NCBI GenBank assembly: GCA_018883125.1
Contig: VEQR01000002.1
Location: 20,023 to 84,022, forward strand
Source: Candidatus Kapaibacterium sp.
GTDB taxonomy: Bacteria; Bacteroidota; Ignavibacteria; Kapaibacteriales; Kapaibacteriaceae
Reading direction: 5' to 3'
DNA length: 64,000 nt
Shown in pieces: positions 9,693 through 18,726 of the stretch. Every line of letters begins with the position of its first letter. Within the stretch, counting starts at the first letter, position 1. The notes beneath the pieces were generated by a model, which ran no database searches, was not told where the DNA came from, and saw only the letters and a list, made by a program, of their open reading frames with translations. A program made the translations under genes and the position numbers.

Positions 9693-11132
9693 TTACAGCC
9701 CGATCCACGACCGATAGATCGACAGCAGCTGCGTCGTAAAGAATCCGAGTGCAATGCTCGCTGCAGCTGTAACGACAACGGTGATGCCGGCCAGTCCGGT
9801 GCGTGTTGGCTCGTGCGAGCCCTGCGGTTCGGAGAAGTACATCTTAACGATGAGGCCAAGGTAGAAGTAGGCGCTCACCACCGACGCCAGAACGGCCACC
9901 AGCGTCAGCCACAGGTACCCGGCATCGATGGCCGAGACAAAGAGTAGGTACTTACCAAAGAAACCGGCAAGGGGCGGAATTCCAGCAAGTGCGAACATGA
10001 ATACCGCCATTGCGAATGCCAGCACAGGCTCGCGCTTGGCAAGCCCGGCGTAGTCACTGATCTGCAGATGCTGTTCGTTGCCGCGTTCGAGGATGCCCAC
10101 AACAACAAACGCTCCAAGCTGCATGAAGACATACGACGTAACGTAAAACACAATGGCAAAGTATCCATCGGCGCTATTGGCTACTATTCCCATGAGAAGG
10201 TAACCTGCGTGCGCTACCGATGAATACGCCAGCATACGCTTGACGTTGGTCTGAGAGATGGCCGTGATGTTGCCGATGAGCATCGTAATGGCCGAGACCA
10301 CGGCAAGCATATTCTGAAGCTTTGGCGTCAGGGCCGCACCGTGCGGCATCAGCGCGCTGAACACGGTGATGAACGCCGCGAACGCGGCCGACTTGCCGGC
10401 CGTGCTCATGAAGGCCGTTACCACCGAAGGAGCCCCTTCATAAACATCCGGTGCCCACTGGTGGAACGGGAATGCCGCAACCTTGAAGCCCAGTGCCACT
10501 GCAAGTAGCACGGCACCAATGGCCAACAGCATCGGGAAGTTCACCGCACCGTCGTGGATGTTTTTGGCGATTACGTCGAACTGCAGTGAGCCTGTGGCAC
10601 CATAGATCAATGCCATACCGTACACGAGAAAGCCCGATGCAAAGGCACCAAGCAGGAAGTACTTGAGTCCGGCTTCAATACTGCGAATGTTCGTGCGAAG
10701 AAAACCCGCCATCACATAAAACGAGATCGACATCAGTTCAATACCAACGAACAGCACCAAAAGGTTGTTCGCGTGCGCCATGAACATCATACCCGACACT
10801 GATGAGACAAGGAGCGTATAGAACTCATCAAGCTCGGCATTCTCGCGCTGCAAATAGGGTCGCGCAGCCATCATGGCCATGATACCGGCACCGCAGAACA
10901 GCACATCGAAGTAGTTGGCAAAGCCCCCTACCGTGATCATGCCATTGAACGCCAGTGCCTTGTGTCCCGCGGTGATAACTGCCAGCGCCGCCGTACCGGC
11001 AAGCGTTGCCATGTAGTAGCCGAAGATCAGACGCGTGTTATTGCGAACAAACGCCTGAATGGCAATGCCAACAGCCCCAAGGGCAAGCCAGATGACGATC
11101 AGCGGAAGTGAGCCAAAAATGTCGATGTTCAT
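9693..11132 (-). CDS. nuoN: NADH-quinone oxidoreductase subunit N
   Basis: 479-aa polytopic membrane protein. Its conserved blocks (LGAFASGFLVYGMALIYGATGSL, FHQWAPDVYEGAP, AYSSVAHAGY) are typical of NuoN/ND2. Confidence 0.9.
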   Translation of the reverse strand: MNIDIFGSLPLIVIWLALGAVGIAIQAFVRNNTRLIFGYYMATLAGTAALAVITAGHKALAFNGMITVGGFANYFDVLFCGAGIMAMMAARPYLQRENAELDEFYTLLVSSVSGMMFMAHANNLLVLFVGIELMSISFYVMAGFLRTNIRSIEAGLKYFLLGAFASGFLVYGMALIYGATGSLQFDVIAKNIHDGAVNFPMLLAIGAVLLAVALGFKVAAFPFHQWAPDVYEGAPSVVTAFMSTAGKSAAFAAFITVFSALMPHGAALTPKLQNMLAVVSAITMLIGNITAISQTNVKRMLAYSSVAHAGYLLMGIVANSADGYFAIVFYVTSYVFMQLGAFVVVGILERGNEQHLQISDYAGLAKREPVLAFAMAVFMFALAGIPPLAGFFGKYLLFVSAIDAGYLWLTLVAVLASVVSAYFYLGLIVKMYFSEPQGSHEPTRTGLAGITVVVTAAASIALGFFTTQLLSIYRSWIGL

Positions 11133-11174
11133 GCGAAGGTCCTTGATGCAGCGATCAGGGGGTCGAATTCGTAA

Positions 11175-12734
11175 TTAATGATGGGCTTCGGCGTGCGGCG
11201 CGTGGTTCACTTTGATGGTCAGTGACTCCGGTGCCGGTTTCTGGACCCATTTGACAACGGCTGTTACGCTCTGCTCGGAGAACTTCATCAGGGGTCCTGG
11301 CTGAACGCCGATCCAGATGGCCAGAAGAGCAAGCGGAACAAGCTGCCAGTATTCACTGCGGTTGAGGTCGCGCAGGTAGTGATTCTCGGCATTGTCGTTC
11401 GTGCCGAACATCACACGTTGGAACATCCACAGCAAATACACCGCGGCAAAGATCACGCCACTGGCGCTCACAATGGCATACGTCCAGTTGTTGAGAACGG
11501 GGCTCTTAAAGGCACCGAGGAGCGTCAGGAATTCACCAATAAACCCGTTCAGCCCGGGTAGGCCAACAGATGCGAACATGGCGATGGCAAACAGCACGGC
11601 AAACTTTGGCATCACCTTGGTGATCCCACCATAATCGGCGATCTCGCGTGTGTGACGACGCTCGTACAGAACGCCCACACAAAGGAACAACATCGGTGTT
11701 GAAATACCGTGGTTGATCATTTGCAGCACAGCCCCCTGCACACCTTCGGTGGTGACGGAGAAAATCCCAAGCACCACAAAGCCAAGGTGGCTCACCGATG
11801 AATAGGCAACAAGTTTTTTGATGTCGGTCTGCACCATGGCAACGAGTGCGCCATAGACAATGCCGATTACCGCAAACACACTGATCAGGTGAGCGAAGTG
11901 CACAGACGCCTGCGGGAAGAGTCCAAGGTTGAACCGAATAAGTCCATAGGTACCAAGCTTGAGCAAAACGCCGGCAAGAATCACCGAACCGGCCGTCGGG
12001 GCCTGAACGTGGGCATCAGGGAGCCATGTGTGCAATGGGAAGAGCGGCACCTTGATGAGGAAGGAGATCGCAAAAGCCCAGAAGAGCAGCTGCTGCTTAT
12101 CAAAAGCGATCTGCGACCCAATGGCCTGAAGCTTGGTGAGGTCTGCAGTGAAGCCGTGTCCGGCCCACTGCGATTCGAGGCCAAGCCATACGATGGCAAG
12201 GAGCATCAGCAGCGAACCGACCAACGTGTAGAGAAAGAACTTGATCGCGGCGTAGATGCGGTCCTTCCCACCCCAGATACCGATGATGAAATACATCGGA
12301 ATGAGGATAAGCTCCCAAAACACATAGAACAGGAATGTGTCCCAGGCCATGAATACACCAGTCATGCCGAACTGCAGAAGCAGCATCAGCACATAGTATT
12401 CTTTGATGCTTTTGGAAATCGGTTCGTAGGAGGCCAGCAGGGCAATCGGCATGATGAGCGTGGTCAGGAGCACCAACGGCAGAGCAATACCATCAACGCC
12501 AAGGCGGAAGCCAGCATCGAGCGAGGGGATCCATGGCTGATCGATCACAAACTGCAGCGCTGAATTCGACGGATCGAACTCCGGAATCATAAAGAGCGAC
12601 AGCAGAAAGGTTAGACACGAGAACACCAGCGCAGTGCGCTTGATGGCCGTAGCCTGATCGCGATGAATGAACAGAATGGCGATCGCTCCAAGGAGCGGAC
12701 CGAACAATGTTGCGAGCAGAGCTGACACGCCCAT
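11175..12734 (-). CDS. nuoM: NADH-quinone oxidoreductase subunit M
   Basis: 519 aa. The blocks HTWLPDAHVQAPTAGSVILAGVLLKLGTYG and LVAYSSVSHLGFV are typical of NuoM/ND4. Confidence 0.9.
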   Translation of the reverse strand: MGVSALLATLFGPLLGAIAILFIHRDQATAIKRTALVFSCLTFLLSLFMIPEFDPSNSALQFVIDQPWIPSLDAGFRLGVDGIALPLVLLTTLIMPIALLASYEPISKSIKEYYVLMLLLQFGMTGVFMAWDTFLFYVFWELILIPMYFIIGIWGGKDRIYAAIKFFLYTLVGSLLMLLAIVWLGLESQWAGHGFTADLTKLQAIGSQIAFDKQQLLFWAFAISFLIKVPLFPLHTWLPDAHVQAPTAGSVILAGVLLKLGTYGLIRFNLGLFPQASVHFAHLISVFAVIGIVYGALVAMVQTDIKKLVAYSSVSHLGFVVLGIFSVTTEGVQGAVLQMINHGISTPMLFLCVGVLYERRHTREIADYGGITKVMPKFAVLFAIAMFASVGLPGLNGFIGEFLTLLGAFKSPVLNNWTYAIVSASGVIFAAVYLLWMFQRVMFGTNDNAENHYLRDLNRSEYWQLVPLALLAIWIGVQPGPLMKFSEQSVTAVVKWVQKPAPESLTIKVNHAPHAEAHH

Positions 12735-12847
12735 ACGCTGTAGGTTCCGTCTGTAGTGTCACTTACCGTGTTGAAGCCGCAATATAGCAAACGGGCCGCG
12801 TCGGCGGGACGATAATGCGTCCGCCGTCGTGCGTAGGTTTGCATCCC

Positions 12848-13450
12848 ATGAGCACATCCTCACGATCGACATTGATGTTCGTCGGACTCGGAAACCCGGG
12901 TGCAGAGTATGCACAAACGCGTCATAACATCGGTTTTATGGTGGTCGATGCCTTTGCGTCGTTCATCGAAGAGCCGTGGACCTCTCCTTCGTCGCTCTTC
13001 GAGGAGGCCCGTGCGCGCTATGCCGGCATCGAATTGGTGTTGATAAAGCCCCTTACCTACATGAACCTCTCGGGTAAGGCCGTTGCCAAACGCAGCCGAG
13101 AACTGGGTATCTCCCCCACCCGCGTTGTTGTCATCACCGATGAATACAACTTCCCTGTGGGAAAGCTCCACCTCAAGCAAGGGGGCACTGCCGGTGGGCA
13201 CAACGGCGTAACGTCGGTGATCGAAGAATTGGAGACGGCCAATTTCTGGCGTCTTCGCTGCGGGATCGATCGCAAGTTCGGCCCGGGCGAGCTGGTGGAC
13301 TATGTGCTGGCACCATTCGATGCAAGCCAGAGTGACGAGCTTGGACGCATGATCGAGCGCGGATGCGAGGCGATCCGACAGATCGCCAAGGTGGGTCCCG
13401 CCCTGGCCATGCAGAAGGTCAATACGCCTGGTCCCTCCTCAGGGGGCTGA
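12848..13450 (+). CDS. pth: Peptidyl-tRNA hydrolase
   Basis: The motifs LMFVGLGNPGAEYAQTRHNIGF and GTAGGHNG are present. The ATG at 12848 gives a protein of normal length (~200 aa). Confidence 0.9.
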   Translation: MSTSSRSTLMFVGLGNPGAEYAQTRHNIGFMVVDAFASFIEEPWTSPSSLFEEARARYAGIELVLIKPLTYMNLSGKAVAKRSRELGISPTRVVVITDEYNFPVGKLHLKQGGTAGGHNGVTSVIEELETANFWRLRCGIDRKFGPGELVDYVLAPFDASQSDELGRMIERGCEAIRQIAKVGPALAMQKVNTPGPSSGG

Positions 13451-14077
13451 TCATTCCGCCTCGGGACGCAGATATCCGTCGTTGCGGATCACCCGCTGGA
13501 TGGCATCGGCCTTGGCAACGGCCGGCATTACGTCTTTGTAGTGTTCTCTGAGCAGAACCAGCCGCGTGTTTTCGTCCTGGACCTCAAGGAGCATCTGCCT
13601 CTGCATCGGAGTCAATCCGGCCTTGGGGGCCATGTCGAATGACGGCGTAGCAGTAAGGTCGTCAATCGATAGCGTCTGCGCCGCAAGACCATAGACCATT
13701 GTTACAATGCGATTATAGTTGGCCAGCACCTCCTCAAGAAGGGCCTGGTCACAGCCGGAGGAATCGTCGTAATACTCTTCGACCTCGCCAACGTTGTAGG
13801 GGGCATCGGTTGAGATCAGGTCAATCAGTTTGTACCGACGCAGACCCTCGACCACGACGTCCATGCGTCCATCCGGGTGACGTTCCAGAACGTCCACCAC
13901 AATGGCCGAACAGCCCACAGGATGAAGCCGTCCGTCATCCACAAGGTTGATCCCAAACTCCGAACCCCGCTCAAGACACTCGTTGATGAGTGTCTTGTAG
14001 CGAGGTTCAAAGATGTGAAGGGGCAATCGAACCTCGGGAAAAAGAACGAGGTTCAACGGGAACAGTCCAAGGGTCAT
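13451..14077 (-). CDS. LON peptidase N-terminal (substrate-binding) domain protein
   Basis: LFPLNLVLFPEVRLPLHIFEPRYKTLI is the typical opening of a LON N-terminal domain. There is no ATPase or protease part. The ATG at 14077 overlaps the SOD stop as ATGA. Confidence 0.8.
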   Translation of the reverse strand: MTLGLFPLNLVLFPEVRLPLHIFEPRYKTLINECLERGSEFGINLVDDGRLHPVGCSAIVVDVLERHPDGRMDVVVEGLRRYKLIDLISTDAPYNVGEVEEYYDDSSGCDQALLEEVLANYNRIVTMVYGLAAQTLSIDDLTATPSFDMAPKAGLTPMQRQMLLEVQDENTRLVLLREHYKDVMPAVAKADAIQRVIRNDGYLRPEAE

Positions 14078-14700
14078 CGACGAAGCTTGAGGTAGCGGTC
14101 GTTGATGCGACCCCAATGCAGATTGTTCAGGAAAGCGTCGATGTATCCAGCGCGGCCGGGACCACTCTTGTGATAGTAGGCGTGCTCAAATACGTCGCAG
14201 GCGATCAGCGGCATGCCGCCCCAGATTGCGCCGTAGTGATGCTCGTCCACGAGCACGTTGAGGAGTCGGCCAGAGTACAGCGAATCGATACACAGCACGC
14301 CCCATCCCGATAGCTTGGCGGCTAAAGCCGATGCCTTAAAGTCGGCCTTCCACGCATCAAGTGAGCCGTACTCCTTTTCGATGGCGGCAACAACGTCCGG
14401 TCCCTTGCTTGTATCACCATCGCCGCCCATGACTTCCCAATAGACATCATGAAGGACGGTACCGGCATGGTTCCAGGTGAATCGGCGCTTCAGCTCGCCA
14501 ACGTCGCTCCAGTTGCCGTTTGCAGCGGCACGATCAGCACTCTCAAGACCGGCTTCGATCTTGTTGAGAAACGTCACGTATCCCTTGTGGTGTGTGTTGT
14601 AGTGCCAGTCCGTCGTCTCCGGGGAGATCACGTCCTTGAGCAATTCCCTTGCTTCCTCGTCGCTATATGGACGTGGATTGAATTTCCATTCGTAGGCCAT
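14074..14700 (-). CDS. Fe/Mn-family superoxide dismutase
   Basis: 208 aa. Metal-ligand regions WHYNTHHKGYV and CDVFEHAYY are present. The length and pattern match the Fe/Mn SOD family. Confidence 0.85.
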   Translation of the reverse strand: MAYEWKFNPRPYSDEEARELLKDVISPETTDWHYNTHHKGYVTFLNKIEAGLESADRAAANGNWSDVGELKRRFTWNHAGTVLHDVYWEVMGGDGDTSKGPDVVAAIEKEYGSLDAWKADFKASALAAKLSGWGVLCIDSLYSGRLLNVLVDEHHYGAIWGGMPLIACDVFEHAYYHKSGPGRAGYIDAFLNNLHWGRINDRYLKLRR

Positions 14701-14750
14701 GGGTACCTCAAATGCAGATGATGTGAAGGATGTTTTGTTGGTCGGGGGTA

Positions 14751-15149
14751 TCAGACACCGAAGCTGCTACCGCAGCCGCACGTCTTTGTAGCGTTCGGGT
14801 TGTTGAAGGTAAAGCCCTTGCCCATCAACCCATCGCTGAAGTCCAGCGTCATGCCCATCAGATAGAACATGCTCTTGGCATCAATAAAGATGCGTACGCC
14901 GTCGGCACTAAGCACAAGGTCCGCTTCCTTTGTTGCTGCGTCAAATCCGAGTGTATAGGACATGCCGGAGCAGCCCCCTCCCTTGACGCCGAGTCGCAGA
15001 CCGTAGTCATCGGCGATGCCGTTCTGCTCTTTGATCTTCTTGACCTCGGTAAGGGCCTTCATGGTGACGATGATATTATCGTTGTCATCAGTTCCCGTCA
15101 CCCCGGTAGGAATCGAAACAACGTCGGCGCCGATCATGGCAACGCTCAT
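14751..15149 (-). CDS. sufA: Iron-sulfur cluster insertion/assembly protein (HesB/IscA/SufA family)
   Basis: The C-terminal CGCGSSF and the internal GGGCSGMSY are A-type carrier motifs. The ATG at 15149 (MSVAMIG...) overlaps the Rrf2 stop as ATGA. The longer ORF-track start is unlikely. Confidence 0.85.
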   Translation of the reverse strand: MSVAMIGADVVSIPTGVTGTDDNDNIIVTMKALTEVKKIKEQNGIADDYGLRLGVKGGGCSGMSYTLGFDAATKEADLVLSADGVRIFIDAKSMFYLMGMTLDFSDGLMGKGFTFNNPNATKTCGCGSSFGV

Positions 15150-15580
15150 AGTACCTCCAATTGAACGAGTTCTCGAGGAGCAGCCAGTTCGGCAATGCTC
15201 ATCGATCGAAATGTTTCCTGTATACGCTCCTGCAATCTGCCGAGCGGTTCTTTGATCGTACACGTGTGTTCAGCACTGCACGACGAGTGATCTGTGCTTT
15301 GACAGTCCACCAAGGCTGATGAGCCCCCTTCCATTACCAAGATGACCTCGGCAACGGTAATGGAGTCGGATGGACGAGCAAGAGTGTAGCCTCCGGTGCT
15401 TCCGGCATACGAACGGATAAGTCCGTGACGTGCCAGCTGCTGAAGCACCTTGGCAACAAGCGCCTGCGAGATGCCATAATGCACGGCTACGTCTTTTGCC
15501 GAGACAATGTTGCCTGGCTTTGATGCGATGTCCTGCATGGCAAGCAGTGCGTACTCTATGCGCTTCGACAAACGAACCAT
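15146..15580 (-). CDS. Rrf2-family transcriptional regulator (IscR/SufR-like)
   Basis: 144 aa. The N-terminal winged-helix pattern MVRLSKRIEYALLAMQDIA...ISQALVAKVLQQLARHGLI is present. A Cys cluster (CQSTDHSSCSAEHTC) is compatible with Fe-S binding. Confidence 0.85.
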   Translation of the reverse strand: MVRLSKRIEYALLAMQDIASKPGNIVSAKDVAVHYGISQALVAKVLQQLARHGLIRSYAGSTGGYTLARPSDSITVAEVILVMEGGSSALVDCQSTDHSSCSAEHTCTIKEPLGRLQERIQETFRSMSIAELAAPRELVQLEVL

Positions 15581-15583
15581 GGC

Positions 15584-15892
15584 TTACTGATCGTAGTCCA
15601 CCAGGCAGCCGTCCGACGTTGGATGGGCCTGACATGTGAGAATGTAGCCATCGGAGATCTCATCATCCGAAAGTGCCTCGCGCTCGTCCATGATGGCCGT
15701 GCCCGACACCAGGCGAGCGCGGCATGTGCAGCATGCGCCGATCTGGCAGGCATACGGAGGATCGAGATTCGCACGCTGCGCGGCGGCGAGAATTGTCTCG
15801 TCTGGCTGAACGGTGAACTCGGTCTCCTGACCATACAGGCGAACCTTGACGCTGCGGGTGACAAGTTCGGATGTCTGTTGCGAAGAATCCAT
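15584..15892 (-). CDS. Plant-type 2Fe-2S ferredoxin
   Basis: 102 aa. Cluster motif CQIGACCTCRARLVSG plus a distal Cys (ILTCQAHP). Confidence 0.8.
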   Translation of the reverse strand: MDSSQQTSELVTRSVKVRLYGQETEFTVQPDETILAAAQRANLDPPYACQIGACCTCRARLVSGTAIMDEREALSDDEISDGYILTCQAHPTSDGCLVDYDQ

Positions 15893-15895
15893 GCG

Positions 15896-16684
15896 TTACT
15901 CGAAGGTTGAAGTGGAGGCTGTTGACGAAAAAGATTCGAAATGAATGTGCTCTGCAGATGCGCCCATCAGCTGAAGATTCTCACTGACAGCGTCAATCAT
16001 TCCACCCGGACCGCACAGGAGATACTCGGTGGAGGAATCTGCGATAATGGCAGGTGCAATGGTGTGCGACAGGGTCTCCACGGTAATGCGTCCATGGTGA
16101 ACAGCATCGGCAGTGAGTACCTCCGCACCAACAAGACTTTCCAGTACGTGGGCGATGACAAGCCGTTCGGCCACCTCTGATCGTAGCCGCTCGAGCTCAC
16201 GAGCAAACATTACTTCATCGGCAGAAGCGTTGGCATACACAAGCAGAACGCGACTGAGTGGTTCAACAACAAGAACTGATTTGGCAATTGCCCACAATGG
16301 AGTTACGCCGCTGCCACCGGCAACCAGCACGATCGTGCGATTATGGGATGGATCAAGGTGGATGCCGAAGGTCCCCTTCGGCGGACAAACCATTACCGTA
16401 TTTCCCGCGTAGAGCATAGCCTGCACACGCGCAGCTACTGACGACGCGTCGCTGCGCTTAACCGCGATGGTAAGGGGCTCACCAGCCTCTAGACTGGAGC
16501 AGAGGGAGTATGCATGCTCTTCCGTAGAGCCGTTACCATCCACCTGTACCTTGATGTACTGTCCAGCACGATACGCAAACGTCTCCCGAAGCCACTCCGG
16601 TATATGGAACGCAGCAGCACGTGCGCGTGGCGTGGTGTCCCACGCACGCTCAACAACCAGAGGAAAGAATTCGTCCGAGGTCAT
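15896..16684 (-). CDS. FNR-family FAD/NAD(P)-binding oxidoreductase (PaaE-like reductase without the fused ferredoxin)
   Basis: The motifs RAGQYIKV, GGSGVTP and CGPGGM are characteristic of the ferredoxin-reductase fold. The ATG at 16684 overlaps the sufT stop by 1 nt (TGATG). Confidence 0.75.
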   Translation of the reverse strand: MTSDEFFPLVVERAWDTTPRARAAAFHIPEWLRETFAYRAGQYIKVQVDGNGSTEEHAYSLCSSLEAGEPLTIAVKRSDASSVAARVQAMLYAGNTVMVCPPKGTFGIHLDPSHNRTIVLVAGGSGVTPLWAIAKSVLVVEPLSRVLLVYANASADEVMFARELERLRSEVAERLVIAHVLESLVGAEVLTADAVHHGRITVETLSHTIAPAIIADSSTEYLLCGPGGMIDAVSENLQLMGASAEHIHFESFSSTASTSTFE

Positions 16685-17040
16685 CAGTACAATCCAATCG
16701 AGAACAATGCGGTGTCGGACATCATGGTCTTGTCCCACGGTGGATCAAAGGTCAGCTCCAGCTCTACAGACTCAACGCCCTCGACGCCACGAGCGGCCTG
16801 CTCCACTTCACGCGGAAGCGACTGCGCGGACGGACAATTGGGTGTGGTCAGCGTCATGGTGATGTGAACCTTTGTCCGGTCAACAACTTGTACTTCGTAG
16901 ATCAAGCCGAGTTCATAGATGTTGATCGGGATCTCCGGATCGAACACCGTCTTGATGGCATCGATTACCTGGTCGCGCAGATTCGGCTCGGGCTGAGAGA
17001 CAAATTCTGCCGCCTCTGCGGTGTTTGGTGGCTCTGTCAT
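16684..17040 (-). CDS. sufT: DUF59/MIP18-family Fe-S assembly protein (SufT/PaaD-like)
   Basis: 118 aa. The motifs VFDPEIPINIYELGLIY and MTLTTPNCP are typical of DUF59 proteins. Confidence 0.8.
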   Translation of the reverse strand: MTEPPNTAEAAEFVSQPEPNLRDQVIDAIKTVFDPEIPINIYELGLIYEVQVVDRTKVHITMTLTTPNCPSAQSLPREVEQAARGVEGVESVELELTFDPPWDKTMMSDTALFSIGLY

Positions 17041-17474
17041 GATGGGGTCCTCATACTCAGGGCAACGGCATAGAGTCGGATCTGCTTAAGCATACTCGAC
17101 AAGCCGCTGGCTCGGTTCTGGGAAAGGTGCTGCGCCAAGCCTAACTGTTCCGGAATATCCTTCGGTGCCGCCAGTATCTCCTGCGGAGTTCTATCCTGCA
17201 TGATCTGCACAACGATGGCTACCAGCCCCTTCACAATCAGCGCGTCACTATCGGCTTCGAAATGGATTCGTCCGTCCACCAGTCGCGGAAATAACCAGAC
17301 CTGCGCCTGACATCCCTTGATCAGAAAATCGTCTCGACGAAATTCCTCTGGGTAGGGGGCTAGCCCCTTCCCCATCGACATGATCGCACTGAATCGCTCT
17401 TCCCAATCAGGGAGTGCCTCGAGCATCGATGCGATCTCGTAAGTAGCCTCGGCAATGGTCTTTGTGGTGCTCAT
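17037..17474 (-). CDS. sufE: Cysteine desulfuration protein SufE
   Basis: 145 aa. The motif IKGCQAQVWL contains the persulfide-acceptor Cys. The gene lies directly after sufS. Confidence 0.85.
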   Translation of the reverse strand: MSTTKTIAEATYEIASMLEALPDWEERFSAIMSMGKGLAPYPEEFRRDDFLIKGCQAQVWLFPRLVDGRIHFEADSDALIVKGLVAIVVQIMQDRTPQEILAAPKDIPEQLGLAQHLSQNRASGLSSMLKQIRLYAVALSMRTPS

Positions 17475-17475
17475 G

Positions 17476-18726
17476 TTAGAGAAGGACCTTCATGACCCGA
17501 TCAAGGGCGTGAAAGAACTGTGCAATCTCATCGTGCGACGTGTACACGGCCGCAGAAACGCGGACCGTTCCCTGTGGTGCAATACGCTTCATCAGCGGCA
17601 TGGTGCAATGATGTCCCGTGCGCACAGCAACGCCATGCGTGTCGAGCATGATGCCTACGTCCTGTGGATGGACGCCGTCAATGGAGAAACTCACGATGCC
17701 CGAATGACCGTGATGTGCTCCATGCACATGCACGCCCGAACGCAACCGCAGACCCGCCACAAGCTCATCGGTGAGCATCTTCTTGTACGACTGAACGTCT
17801 CGCAGATCCAGAGCGTTTCTCCACTGCAAGGCTGTGCACAGGCCCACAGCTCCTTCGATGTTCGGCGTGCCGGCCTCGAACCTCATGGGGCCATCTGCAT
17901 AAGTGGTCTTGTCGAAGCTGACATTTGTGATCATCGATCCGCCGCCTTGGTAGGGCGGCAGGTCCGACAGCAGTTCGCGTCGAATGAACGCGCAGCCGAT
18001 GCCCATTGGACCATAGACTTTGTGTCCGGAGAAGACCAGTGCATCACATCCGATCTGCTGCACATCGATCGCCATGGATGATACGCTCTGCGCAGCATCA
18101 ACGATCGATATCGCGCCAACGGCATGGGCCCATTGGCACAGAGTGCTGACGTCGTTCTCGGTTCCAAGGGTATTTGACACCTGCACGCATGACACAACAA
18201 GCGTCGAAGCATCGATGAGCTGCGATGCCCGCCCCATATCAAGCGCGCCGTCATCGGTCAGTGGTATCACGCGGATCTCCACTCCCGAGCGTTCACGAAG
18301 CATCTGCCATGGAACGATGTTGGCATGGTGCTCCATCTCGGTTAGCACAATGTTGCCTTCGGCAAGTCGCGGTCCAAGGCGCGCCCCGATCGACGTTGCG
18401 AGCAGGTTCAGCGATTCCGTAGTGCCTCGTGTAAAGACAACCTCGTCAGCACGAGCACCGATACTCTCGGCGACCACTTCGCGAGCACGCTCGTACATTG
18501 ACGTGACCTCCGCACCAAGAACATGTCCGGCGCGATGGGCGTTGGCATTGTGTTGACGATAGAACTCAGAGATCGAATCGATAACAACCGTCGGCTTTTG
18601 GGTTGTAGCAGCGTTGTCGAGATACACCAGCGGCTTATTGCCATGAACCATGCGCTGCAGAATCGGGAACTCTGTGCGAATCGCGGCAATATCCAGTAAG
18701 GGGGCCGATGGTTGCGTAAGGTGCAT
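17476..18726 (-). CDS. sufS: Cysteine desulfurase SufS (class V aminotransferase)
   Basis: 416 aa. PLP-Lys region FSGHKVYGPMGIG and active-site region RTGHHC. Confidence 0.92.
   Translation of the reverse strand: MHLTQPSAPLLDIAAIRTEFPILQRMVHGNKPLVYLDNAATTQKPTVVIDSISEFYRQHNANAHRAGHVLGAEVTSMYERAREVVAESIGARADEVVFTRGTTESLNLLATSIGARLGPRLAEGNIVLTEMEHHANIVPWQMLRERSGVEIRVIPLTDDGALDMGRASQLIDASTLVVSCVQVSNTLGTENDVSTLCQWAHAVGAISIVDAAQSVSSMAIDVQQIGCDALVFSGHKVYGPMGIGCAFIRRELLSDLPPYQGGGSMITNVSFDKTTYADGPMRFEAGTPNIEGAVGLCTALQWRNALDLRDVQSYKKMLTDELVAGLRLRSGVHVHGAHHGHSGIVSFSIDGVHPQDVGIMLDTHGVAVRTGHHCTMPLMKRIAPQGTVRVSAAVYTSHDEIAQFFHALDRVMKVLL

Noticed and set aside
9677-9859. Long N-terminal extensions in the ORF track, here and at 28700-28795, 25495-25533, 55502-55681, 6640-6771, 43108-43206 and 50829-50927
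   Set aside because: In each case an internal ATG gives a canonical signal peptide or family N-terminus, and the extension overlaps the neighbouring gene or lacks features. The starts were trimmed accordingly.
11889-12563. 224-aa ORF on the plus strand
   Set aside because: It is antisense to nuoM, so this is a shadow ORF.
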